From the IMG/VR virus record IMGVR_UViG_3300050132_000038, positions 124,001 through 188,000 of that record: a stretch of DNA of 64,000 bases. One strand, 5' to 3'. A model generated the notes under the pieces. That model was not told the DNA's origin. It was given only the letters and a program-made list of their open reading frames with translations, and did no database searches. Below are positions 55,226 to 64,000 of this stretch, in pieces. Each line of letters opens with the position of its first letter. The stretch's first letter is position 1. A program made the position numbers and the translations under genes.

Positions 55226-56341
55226 ATGGCATACGAACTTCCCACCTTCTATGATTCAATGGCCCAAGTAATCCGATCTATGGATACTGGAGATCAGATT
55301 CCCCCTATGCAGGTGCCCCTTAGTGCCACCATGGGAAACATTCTACAGATCCTTAGTGATGGCCTATACGTGGGGTCAACCTTAGCACTCCCTTCTGTGG
55401 TGTACATCAACAATGTAACTGGTGTAGACGCTCCCGGTAACGGCACTATGGCTATGCCATACGCTACAATCGACTACGCTGTGTCTCAGTTGACAATGGC
55501 TTCGGTCAATCACCAGTTATCGACCTCCACCGTATTGGCATTGCAGGCAGGGCAGACCTTCCCTATAGTAAACGACATTAATCTGTATGGAGGAACCTTA
55601 ACGTTTGCGTTCTACGGTGATATGAACTACGGTGCCTACTCTAGTCCGCCAGTAGGTACGGGTGCTATCCCTGCGATAATGACTGATCTCATGCGCCCGG
55701 TCCTTGTCCCTGCGGTGTCTCTGACGAGCACTAACCTTTGGCACATGTCTGGGGTTAATCTGTACGGAGGTAATATCTCACTGTTAGGTGTAGAGCTTGA
55801 GCTACCTATGGCACCCTCTGGTCCTTCTATCTCGTTGTACTCAGATGCAGCAGACTTTGTACGTTCAATGAACTATGCAACGCCTGGGTACCTAGATTTG
55901 CAAGGGGCTATAGTAAACCAGCAGGATCCAACTGCCTTCTGGGGAGTTCTAGGCGTCCACGCTAGGTCTACCTCATTCTCCTTGATTCAATACGCATCGC
56001 AATTTCAGGTAGCAGGGATGCTTATCGACTTGGCTAATATGTCGACCAGTCCTGAGCTGATGGCGCGTCCGTACTTCATTAAGTTCTACCCGGACTTTAT
56101 TGGTAGCAATCAGCAGCAGGGTGTTCTGTATGATACAGCAATTACGGCAACGTCTGCCTCAGGTCTGCTTAAAGTTTTGTGGGCGGATACACAGAGCTAT
56201 ACAATTGAGAGCACTAAGACTAACCTCATGTCCTTCCCAATTGCTTATGATCTAGTGTACGGCCTCCGCAATTATTTTTATGGAATTACGTATGATTCAC
56301 TAATGCGTCCAGTGAACGTAATCCCCAGTCGAACAATCTAA
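55226..56341 (+). CDS. Putative virion structural protein
   Basis: GNGT...PYATIDYA segment typical of fibre/adhesin N-domains; position. Confidence 0.5.
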   Translation: MAYELPTFYDSMAQVIRSMDTGDQIPPMQVPLSATMGNILQILSDGLYVGSTLALPSVVYINNVTGVDAPGNGTMAMPYATIDYAVSQLTMASVNHQLSTSTVLALQAGQTFPIVNDINLYGGTLTFAFYGDMNYGAYSSPPVGTGAIPAIMTDLMRPVLVPAVSLTSTNLWHMSGVNLYGGNISLLGVELELPMAPSGPSISLYSDAADFVRSMNYATPGYLDLQGAIVNQQDPTAFWGVLGVHARSTSFSLIQYASQFQVAGMLIDLANMSTSPELMARPYFIKFYPDFIGSNQQQGVLYDTAITATSASGLLKVLWADTQSYTIESTKTNLMSFPIAYDLVYGLRNYFYGITYDSLMRPVNVIPSRTI

Positions 56342-56357
56342 CCTTTGAGGTTCTTTC

Positions 56358-58142
56358 ATGAGTGGCACGCCCGTCTTCCAGATCACCTCAATTGGTTTAG
56401 CTACTGCTTCAATAGCTCTACCTACAGGCCCCTATATAAATATCACAAGCTTTGCCATCGGGAGTGGGTATGGTTATACCCCCTTACCTACTGATACCGG
56501 GCTGAGTGGTACTACGCTATTCTCCGGAACTCCCACCTCCTACCAGAACGTAGGTGGGGATACAATCGACATTCTGTGCTCGATACCTCCTAATGCCGGG
56601 CCTTTCCAGTTCGGGGAGATTGCACTGTATCTTCCTGGTAACGTAATGTTCGCCAAGGCGGTGTTCCCCACACCGCAGACCAAATTCAGTGCCCTAGGCT
56701 CTAACGTTGTTTCCTCGTATGAGCTCCACTGCTTGCTGACGTTGGCTCAGGGAACAGCGATCTTCCAGGTCACTACGTCTAGTCCTACTACCCTGTTACA
56801 GGTGTTCAACTGGTCGGATATTTACCCACCAAGCTTGAGTGCTAATCCCACGGTACCCTTACTACAGGTTATGGAGCTCTCGGAGTACGGTGATTCAACA
56901 CTACTCTCTAACTCTAGTGCTGGGACGTGGACGATTGACAGCACGTATGGTCGATATTCTCAGTACAACGATACGCCGTACTTTCAAGTAGCTAATGCCT
57001 CGACCACTTGGATTGAAGTACTAGCAACTGAGTTACACCCACAGGATATAACAAGTGTTAGTGAACGGTTTGTTATTGAAACTTCCAGTGGGTACTTCCG
57101 TTCTGTAAATAGTGTAGTAGCGTCGGGTATGAACTACCGGTTTAACTTGAACGGAGCCCCATTGCAAACTGTACCTATGGCCGGTTCCAACATAACGGTT
57201 TATCGTGATGACCTGGCAAAGGGTACTTCGTACTACTCACAGATTCTTGATCCACTGAACTACGACATCACTAACTATGCCGCAGACACGGGTACAACTA
57301 ATGCGTACGCAGCTACGTATAAGCAGAAGACTCCGGTACCACAAGTCGGGATGATTCGTTCTTTCCTAGTAGCCAATCCTAATACAGGTGCCTCTACTTT
57401 TGCACTAGACGGAGGGGCACCCTACCCGGTTTACGGTATGAACAATACGCCGTTACAGGGTGAAGAAATGAATGGTCGAGTTTGGGTAGAGTTCTCGGCT
57501 ACTAGTAACTGGATTCTAATTAACAGTAGTATGGGTCCCCTACAGATTCCCAATGCACTGTATAGTCAGCAAGCAGTTACCCTAGGGCAAGCGCAGGCGT
57601 TATCTCCTCCAGGGCAGATCATATATATGGCTGCGTCTACGCCCCCTACCGGGTTTCTCGTTGCCAACGGGTCTGCCGTGTCGCGTACTGCTTACGCTAA
57701 TTTATTTGCTACTATCGGTACCTACTACGGTACTGGTGACGGAGCAACGACGTTTAACCTTCCTGACTTACGCGGTGTCGTCCCCCGAGGATGGGATGAC
57801 GGTCGAGGACTAGACACTGGACGGGTCTTTGGTACGTACCAAGCTGACATGTACATGTCTCACAATCACGGAGTTAATGACCCGACGCACAATCACTATG
57901 TTAATGACCCAGAACATACGCATACTATGACGATGGGCAGTCTTGCTCAGTCGGGTAGCTCTACCTACTGCTATGTACCCAGTAGTCTGTATGGGTTTCC
58001 TAATCCCCACACAGAAACTACTAGCCCTGCTGCTACGGGTATCTACCTTAGTGCTGCTTACACTGGTATTAGTATTCAATATTCGGGCGGTAATGAGACC
58101 CGAGGAAAGAATTTTTCACTGCTAGCCTGTGTGAAGTTCTAA
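56358..58142 (+). CDS. Tail fibre with tail-collar domain
   Basis: ITSIGL N-terminus; PPTGFLVANGSAVSRTAYANLF...TTFNLPDLRG...ETRGKN. Confidence 0.85.
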   Translation: MSGTPVFQITSIGLATASIALPTGPYINITSFAIGSGYGYTPLPTDTGLSGTTLFSGTPTSYQNVGGDTIDILCSIPPNAGPFQFGEIALYLPGNVMFAKAVFPTPQTKFSALGSNVVSSYELHCLLTLAQGTAIFQVTTSSPTTLLQVFNWSDIYPPSLSANPTVPLLQVMELSEYGDSTLLSNSSAGTWTIDSTYGRYSQYNDTPYFQVANASTTWIEVLATELHPQDITSVSERFVIETSSGYFRSVNSVVASGMNYRFNLNGAPLQTVPMAGSNITVYRDDLAKGTSYYSQILDPLNYDITNYAADTGTTNAYAATYKQKTPVPQVGMIRSFLVANPNTGASTFALDGGAPYPVYGMNNTPLQGEEMNGRVWVEFSATSNWILINSSMGPLQIPNALYSQQAVTLGQAQALSPPGQIIYMAASTPPTGFLVANGSAVSRTAYANLFATIGTYYGTGDGATTFNLPDLRGVVPRGWDDGRGLDTGRVFGTYQADMYMSHNHGVNDPTHNHYVNDPEHTHTMTMGSLAQSGSSTYCYVPSSLYGFPNPHTETTSPAATGIYLSAAYTGISIQYSGGNETRGKNFSLLACVKF

Positions 58143-58164
58143 ACGAATATAAGGATAATAAACA

Positions 58165-58659
58165 ATGACTACCAAAACCGTTTATAACTATGACTCTAAG
58201 TCCTTTCGCTATCTCGGGGAGGGTACTGCCTTTGAATCCCCGCTGGAGGAGGGGGTCTACCACTATCCAGCTAACTCAACCACTGTTGCAGTACCCGAGT
58301 ATACTCCACAAGTTGCTCATGCTGTATGGAATGGTGAACGTTGGAACGTAGTAGCTCTCAGCACCCCAGAGCCAGGTTCAGCTGAGAGTGAGATGACTTC
58401 TTGGCAGCAGTACCAGATGAACGTGGTCAAGGTACTATCTCATAGTGACGCAGTAATGACAGGTATCTTGGATGCAGTGATTCTAGGACTGAACACCTTT
58501 GATAGCCCAGATGTAGTGGCGTTCGTGCAGTGGCGCATGAAGTTGAAAGCAATACTTAATATCCTCGAAGGAGATGCTAATATAGAGGTTCCGAAAATGC
58601 CACCACTACCAAAGGGGCTTACTCCCGAGGCCTTCAACGTATTACCAAAGAAGGGGTAG
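58165..58659 (+). CDS. Tail fibre assembly chaperone-like protein
   Basis: YNYD...ESPLEEGVYHYPANST...WNGERW. Confidence 0.7.
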   Translation: MTTKTVYNYDSKSFRYLGEGTAFESPLEEGVYHYPANSTTVAVPEYTPQVAHAVWNGERWNVVALSTPEPGSAESEMTSWQQYQMNVVKVLSHSDAVMTGILDAVILGLNTFDSPDVVAFVQWRMKLKAILNILEGDANIEVPKMPPLPKGLTPEAFNVLPKKG

Positions 58660-58661
58660 TC

Positions 58662-59174
58662 ATGAACAAACCTGTGTACGCACGCATTCTCTATGATGAA
58701 GTTAAGAATGCTAACCCAGAAGGTGGTCTCTATGTGTGGTGCACGCCTGACTCTAGATCAACGCTGAAACTGCAGAAGCTTATGGCAGGTGCTCCTTTTA
58801 AAACTCGGAATACTACACAGCTGCATTGTACGATTATGTACCACCATGATGTACTTCCTGAATCAGTTGATGTACCTGAAGACCGGGAGATGACAGGATT
58901 ACTAAGGGAGTTGGTGATCTGGGATGAACCTAACGGAGAGTCGATACTGGTGGGTGTTTTGCACTCCGAAGACCTACAGGAGCTCCACCAGGAATTAGAA
59001 GGGCAGGGATTAAAGCATTCTTTCGAGGACTATACTGCTCATATTTCACTAGGTAAGGATTTACAGAAAGATGAGCAGACCTTAGCCTGGATTCAAGAGA
59101 AGAATGAACTGCTAGATGGGCTGCCAATCGTTATTGATTTTGATGCTTGCTTGAAGGGTAGTTCGATCGTGTAG
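58662..59174 (+). CDS. acb1: 2H phosphoesterase, T4 gp57B/Acb1-like
   Basis: Two HxT/S motifs: LHCTIMY and AHISL. Confidence 0.7.
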   Translation: MNKPVYARILYDEVKNANPEGGLYVWCTPDSRSTLKLQKLMAGAPFKTRNTTQLHCTIMYHHDVLPESVDVPEDREMTGLLRELVIWDEPNGESILVGVLHSEDLQELHQELEGQGLKHSFEDYTAHISLGKDLQKDEQTLAWIQEKNELLDGLPIVIDFDACLKGSSIV

Positions 59175-59190
59175 TCTAACCAGACGTACA

Positions 59191-59228
59191 AAGAGCCACA
59201 CTACTTTTGATTAGGTAGTGTGGCTCTT
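59191..59228. terminator. Bidirectional terminator between convergent operons
   Basis: Perfect 14-bp inverted repeat AAGAGCCACACTAC/GTAGTGTGGCTCTT. Confidence 0.8.
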
Positions 59229-59254
59229 CTGCATTCAACCTGCTGTTGCAGAGC

Positions 59255-59680
59255 TTAACCACTGAAGGTGTACGGTATGTAGGCCAGAAAGCCTGATACC
59301 GTTGAACCCGCAGTAGGATTAACAATGGTGACACCTGATAGCATGTCATCCGTTAAATATAGCTGAGTCATGTACACGGTGTACATTGCAACCACAGGGG
59401 ACTCTAGTGTTCCCGTAGTCTTAGTCAAGTTGAGAACTAGCGGTCCTCCGTTGGATGTAATTAGCAGCCCGGCACTGCCCGTAGGCAATACTAGGCTAGT
59501 AGTAACACTAAACTGCTGGAGTACAGCCCCCTCTGTAGCATCGAATGACGTGTAGAAGTTACCTATGTTCCGCATGATCTGACCTTGCCCTAAGCTCCCC
59601 TTGACAGCGAAGTTCAGAGTGTTAGTCGGAGTAGCGGGTAGGCTAATGATATTACCCGTGGTGCTGAATACTGAACTCAT
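59255..59680 (-). CDS. Hypothetical low-charge beta-rich protein
   Basis: 141 aa; ATGA overlap with upstream gene. Confidence 0.65.
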   Translation of the reverse strand: MSSVFSTTGNIISLPATPTNTLNFAVKGSLGQGQIMRNIGNFYTSFDATEGAVLQQFSVTTSLVLPTGSAGLLITSNGGPLVLNLTKTTGTLESPVVAMYTVYMTQLYLTDDMLSGVTIVNPTAGSTVSGFLAYIPYTFSG

Positions 59681-59907
59681 CTAATCCTCCCTGCAATGGT
59701 TAGGAGCCTCCTCTCGTTCGCGTAATCTTTGGCGCACTCAGAATCGCAGAAAGCTTTTGGTGAATGTACATCCGACCCACAATAGTAGCAGGCTCCTGTG
59801 AATGGTAGGCTTGGCTTCTTTGCTTCCCTCCTAATACGTTGTATCTCATACTCTCTGAGCAAGTCCTCGGTCTCAGCTGAATGATCTATGCTGTCTGAAA
59901 ATCCCAT
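59677..59907 (-). CDS. TraR/DksA-like C4 zinc-finger protein
   Basis: N-terminal DSID; CYYC...FCDSEC; GAGGAG RBS before the internal Met. Confidence 0.65.
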   Translation of the reverse strand: MGFSDSIDHSAETEDLLREYEIQRIRREAKKPSLPFTGACYYCGSDVHSPKAFCDSECAKDYANERRLLTIAGRIR

Positions 59908-59932
59908 GATGTTTCTCCTCAGTATGGCTAAG

Positions 59933-60220
59933 TTATTCTTCTTCATCTTCTTGTTCTACACTGGAGATATGGGTGTCGTGATCTCCGGCTTGATTCGAGG
60001 GCATTATAGAAGCCTCCTTCTTCAACGTAACTACCAATCGGTGTGCTGCATTTAACTTGAAATTGGTAGCATTCAATAGGATCTCTGATTTAGGATGCAC
60101 TTCGGGCTCCAAGTCTACACCAGTTGGCAAGTAAGGTTCATCTAGGTTGTGATTAGGTGCTACCGTATTGAACGAATAATCTTCTGCTGTTATCTTTAGT
60201 GTACTTCGTATCTTTTTCAT
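59933..60220 (-). CDS. Hypothetical protein
   Basis: 95 aa, packed 1 nt after the upstream stop. Confidence 0.5.
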   Translation of the reverse strand: MKKIRSTLKITAEDYSFNTVAPNHNLDEPYLPTGVDLEPEVHPKSEILLNATNFKLNAAHRLVVTLKKEASIMPSNQAGDHDTHISSVEQEDEEE

Positions 60221-60221
60221 A

Positions 60222-61304
60222 CTAGAGCTCCGCAGAACAGCCTATAAAGAGATAGCCTTCATTGGGTGCACTATTTCTAGACGTTACTGGGTAATACGGA
60301 GAGAGTCCAGTAAACCCGGTTACCTGAGTCCATAAACCATAGGTAGTAGCTGCCCCGTTAGCCAAGACGGGAGGATTTGCTTCCCAATTGGCAGCACCTG
60401 ATCGTATCCAGGCAGGCAAACCCGGTATCAAAGATACAGTCGGTATAGCTCTCATAGGAACTATAAATTTCTCTGCTACACCGACTACCGTGGCAGCTTC
60501 TACAGAACCAAAAAGTCCATTACCTGCTAGTTGGTAGTACCTCTGGCATAACCCTAACTCCGTTGTATACAGTCTGTTCTCAAAAAGGGTTGCTACGGTC
60601 CCTGCTTCTAGCTGGAGATCAGTAACCGCTATGTAGTTACCTATCGTCATTCCCCAGTTAGTAGAACTCGTAGCTGAGAACCAATTTCCTGCCTGCCACG
60701 TGTTCAAAGTTGACGTCGTATAGTTCCCGGCATTCAATGCTCCTATAAGCACGCTTAATCCCATCATATTAGAATTAGGGACGTTAAGCGTTAGAGGTAG
60801 CACACTGATAGGTATTACTACTTTTACGGGTACACTGGCAACTGCCATAAAGGTTGAAACGTAAGAGTTAGTAGCGTTACTATCCTGTATAGTAACGCTA
60901 TACATACCACTAACATCGGTCTCAAATATAAAGGATATTGCTACAGGCTGACCGAGTAGGTCATAACAGTTAAGCCCTTCTATCCGCTGATATACACCAT
61001 ACGTGTAGTAAGCAGTACCTAGGGTAAACGGTGTAGTTACTGTTTGGACTACTGCATTCCTCAGCACTCCATTGTAGGTAATGGCACCCTGGCTCTGTGT
61101 GAACGCACCAGTGGCTAGGCCATCAACTGCGAGGTATCTATCAGGACCTGCGTACCCTTGCGTCATCGTTTGATTAAAGGTCATGCTAGGACGTTGAGCT
61201 ACGTTACATGCCCCATTTATAATACGATTACGGAACGCTACCTGAGTGGTAGCCAAGTTTGATAGTGCTTGCGCGTCCTGCGCTATATTAGCTGAAATTC
61301 CCAT
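60222..61304 (-). CDS. Tail-fibre-associated carbohydrate-binding-like protein
   Basis: RNRIINGACNVAQR...QLEAGTVATLFE...ELGLCQRYY. Confidence 0.7.
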   Translation of the reverse strand: MGISANIAQDAQALSNLATTQVAFRNRIINGACNVAQRPSMTFNQTMTQGYAGPDRYLAVDGLATGAFTQSQGAITYNGVLRNAVVQTVTTPFTLGTAYYTYGVYQRIEGLNCYDLLGQPVAISFIFETDVSGMYSVTIQDSNATNSYVSTFMAVASVPVKVVIPISVLPLTLNVPNSNMMGLSVLIGALNAGNYTTSTLNTWQAGNWFSATSSTNWGMTIGNYIAVTDLQLEAGTVATLFENRLYTTELGLCQRYYQLAGNGLFGSVEAATVVGVAEKFIVPMRAIPTVSLIPGLPAWIRSGAANWEANPPVLANGAATTYGLWTQVTGFTGLSPYYPVTSRNSAPNEGYLFIGCSAEL

Positions 61305-61313
61305 GAGTAATCC

Positions 61314-61703
61314 TTATGTTGCAGGGGTAGCGTTAGGATCAACGAAGGCCGGGATCAATGCTAAAGCCTGGGCTACTGTTGGCATTGCTATCGTCCCTGC
61401 CTTGATCTGAGCCAGCATTGTGTACGCAGTATTCCACACCGTTGATCTCCAGGTTAGGAACGCCATACCCTCTGCTTGGAATGGCTGTCCTACTGCTTGG
61501 GCTGCGTAACTGCAGGCCGAGATAATATCGTTGTAACCCTTCGACTGAGCAGTTGTATCCAATAAGTTTTGTACTGCTGATATAATCGAGGGCTCCAGGA
61601 GAGCTTGAGCCGCTGCAGCTATCTGAGCTTCCGTAGCCGCTACATCTCCTGGAACACAATCACCTTCGTATATTTGCCCTTGTGTGTTTATCCATTGTGT
61701 CAT
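61314..61703 (-). CDS. Putative fibre-associated phage protein
   Basis: LLDTTAQSKGYNDIISACSYA...EG.AFLTWRS.VW. Confidence 0.65.
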   Translation of the reverse strand: MTQWINTQGQIYEGDCVPGDVAATEAQIAAAAQALLEPSIISAVQNLLDTTAQSKGYNDIISACSYAAQAVGQPFQAEGMAFLTWRSTVWNTAYTMLAQIKAGTIAMPTVAQALALIPAFVDPNATPAT

Positions 61704-64000
61704 TTACCACCTCCTGCGAGTTAGTACACGGTAATATCCAGTGGTAATTACTGTACCAGTACCTGCAACAGTTAGCCCTACGTAATCAGCATCTGTCCAT
61801 ATAGCTGCACTATTTCTGGTGGTAATACCTGCCTGCCAGCCTGTGAGCGCATACCAGTAGTCAATAGCATAGCGTTCGTTAGTACCTACTGCGTCATCCG
61901 CTATGCGAACTTCCGTAGCAAATGCAGTGTACCCTAAGTTATGATTTTTGTTGTACATAGTATTAGTCGCTACCATAAACAACCCACTATCGTACTGGCC
62001 CTTCAACGCATAGCTAATAGCACTAGTAACTAGCGTGGTGCTAGTCATTGCCTCCCCTACATACACCCTGTTCTTCTGAGTAAACATAGGATTAGCTAAG
62101 GCTGTTGTAGATGGTCCACTCACCTGAGTCATCGTCATGTTAGGAACTGAGAAGAAGTCAGACGAGTAACCGACGGTTGCTATGTTGGGAGCGACAGTAG
62201 GAACCGCGTAGGTCATACCATTCGGATGCTGGCAATACGGTAGGAATTCAAACTTGTCGATGTAGCCTGCAAACCACTGGGTATTGTTAGCTCCCGCGCC
62301 GACTGCTATGTATGAGACTGGACATACCTTTATAGTACTGGCGAATGTAAAATCGAGCAGCCCGTTAACGTATCCATAGTACTTACCGTCTACTGAGTCG
62401 TATACGAGCTCTGTAAATTGCCACATTCCGCTGTTAATGGTGTTAGTTCCCGGCGTACCATTCACTATATCCCAGGTAGTCCCTGTAGATGATAAATAGT
62501 ATTGAATCTTACTCTCGTACACTACGATTTGAGCCCCATAGTTTGTAGTCGTACTTGAGCTAGCATCAAAAATATCCTGAACAGTAGTAGTCGCGGCGTT
62601 AGTGGGCCAAATCCAACATCTTAAAGACCAACTACCGTTCCCCAAACTCTTGAAACCTGAGCTCAGTATATAGTTAGATGTACCATTCAAAGCAAAGTTA
62701 GTACCAGTACCTCCTAGTGCCCCTGTACCAAACTTATACTGGGTATTCTGAATAGTTGCACCACCCATCGCAGTCCACATGTTCCCGAAGTCATCCAGGA
62801 TCATCGTAGAGCCAGAGGTACCATTAAACTGCAACACTGATTGAGCACTTTGATTGTAGGAGTACCCGTACTGCACGGGAGCTAACGTAGAGGTCCACGT
62901 AACCGAAGTAGGGCTTGTGTAGTCAGCACTAATGAACGATGTGTTGCTCATAGGTAGTGTAACTATGTTAGGCATATCCGCACTAATAGTTGCCCCATAG
63001 TTAGTAGCCCCTGCAGCAAATGAAATCACCATAGGCTGCATAGTGGCCGAAAGATTCACCGTCATCCCTGTACCCGGGGTCAACATCGAGGCATAACCTA
63101 AACTATTAGTCACCCCCATCTGCACGGTCTGTCTTGTGTAGCCTAGAGCTTGTGCTTGGGCTAATGGAACTAGCTGATTAGAGGAGGTAGCTACCGGACC
63201 CATCACTGGCCCAGTAAAGGTACCGCCAGTTATAGGTACCATATTAGCAACAGTAGAAGACTGCTGACTAATGATCTTAATCTCAGCTCCTAGCATCGCT
63301 GGAACATTCAGCATCACCGAGGTGCCATTACTTGCCGTGTAGTCAGTACTCAGTAATAATGTTCCATTCTCAAACACCTGTACAGCACCCGGAGTGTACC
63401 CTACGTTGAACGTTGTCTGCCCCGCAGTTGCGATGAATTCATAAATCGAGATTGCACCAATAGCAGAGAATGCGCTAAACGCTATCACTGATATTTCATC
63501 GTTCAAATTCAAACCAAACGGAAAGGTGATGTACGCACCTGTGGTCGCTACATAGTCCGTAGCAGGTAACTCTAGACCCATTCGCGTGACGATGATGTTG
63601 CCAGGAGTGTAACTCACATCAATCTGTGTCTGGCCTTGCGTGGTAGCGATAAAGTCATACTTCGTTAGCGTGTTAGCACCCGCAGATGACGCCAGAATAA
63701 CGTTTGTACCATCTGAGTACGCAATGATCGACTTACCTTGCGGAGCCACCGCGGTCATACCTCCACCAGATATAGGTGTCAACTGGAACATAGTCAACAC
63801 ACCGTTACCTGTACCAAACAGCATTGCAGTTACAGTACCTAACCTGCCTTCTGCATCTAGGTAGGTGCCCGTCCAGGTCAACGTATTACCAGTAGTTGGT
63901 GGCAGTGCTAACGTTACCAACCCTCCTGTAGTTATCATGTAGTCAGTGATCGTTACTGCAGTCGCAAATGTCTCAATGTATGAGGTTGCAGCCATCCCGG
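61704..64000 (-). CDS. Tail fibre/adhesin with LamG-like domain; 5' end possibly beyond the window
   Basis: Repeated ATAGQTTF...NG...DY Ig-like units; LQFNG...WQFTELVYD...YVNG...GYID LamG pattern. Confidence 0.7.
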   Translation of the reverse strand, partial: GMAATSYIETFATAVTITDYMITTGGLVTLALPPTTGNTLTWTGTYLDAEGRLGTVTAMLFGTGNGVLTMFQLTPISGGGMTAVAPQGKSIIAYSDGTNVILASSAGANTLTKYDFIATTQGQTQIDVSYTPGNIIVTRMGLELPATDYVATTGAYITFPFGLNLNDEISVIAFSAFSAIGAISIYEFIATAGQTTFNVGYTPGAVQVFENGTLLLSTDYTASNGTSVMLNVPAMLGAEIKIISQQSSTVANMVPITGGTFTGPVMGPVATSSNQLVPLAQAQALGYTRQTVQMGVTNSLGYASMLTPGTGMTVNLSATMQPMVISFAAGATNYGATISADMPNIVTLPMSNTSFISADYTSPTSVTWTSTLAPVQYGYSYNQSAQSVLQFNGTSGSTMILDDFGNMWTAMGGATIQNTQYKFGTGALGGTGTNFALNGTSNYILSSGFKSLGNGSWSLRCWIWPTNAATTTVQDIFDASSSTTTNYGAQIVVYESKIQYYLSSTGTTWDIVNGTPGTNTINSGMWQFTELVYDSVDGKYYGYVNGLLDFTFASTIKVCPVSYIAVGAGANNTQWFAGYIDKFEFLPYCQHPNGMTYAVPTVAPNIATVGYSSDFFSVPNMTMTQVSGPSTTALANPMFTQKNRVYVGEAMTSTTLVTSAISYALKGQYDSGLFMVATNTMYNKNHNLGYTAFATEVRIADDAVGTNERYAIDYWYALTGWQAGITTRNSAAIWTDADYVGLTVAGTGTVITTGYYRVLTRRRW

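Noticed and set aside
471-58637. Many minus-strand and nested alternative-frame ORFs in the supplied track
   Set aside because: They lie inside well-supported, translationally coupled genes and have no RBS or recognisable motifs
1-64000. Stop-codon reassignment, CRISPR array, tRNA genes, integrase
   Set aside because: Conserved genes are intact in the standard code with TAA, TAG and TGA all used as stops; no spaced repeats, cloverleaves or recombinase motifs were seen

Overview
This window is a 64-kb segment of a large lytic dsDNA tailed phage with a contractile tail. The host is probably Gram-negative, since a two-component spanin is present; it cannot be named from the sequence. The window is gene-dense, on the + strand to about 59.2 kb and on the - strand after that. 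Order: small accessory genes and a glycosyltransferase; family-A DNA polymerase with a UDG-like N-domain, primase and spanins; a 7-deazaguanine cluster (queD, queC, TGT/DpdA-like, queE, folE) with an APS-kinase-like gene, a sulfotransferase-like gene and a phosphoribosyltransferase inside it; thyX, sigma factor, SSB-like protein, RecA-like protein; terminase, RuvC-like resolvase, portal; an ORF-less group I intron; two free-standing GIY-YIG endonucleases sharing a covarying structured leader, one apparently inserted into a baseplate gene whose 5' end is duplicated in synonymously recoded form; baseplate and tail-fibre genes; an Acb1/gp57B-like 2H phosphoesterase. All family calls come from motifs recognised by eye, with no database searches. 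No tRNA or CRISPR array was seen.
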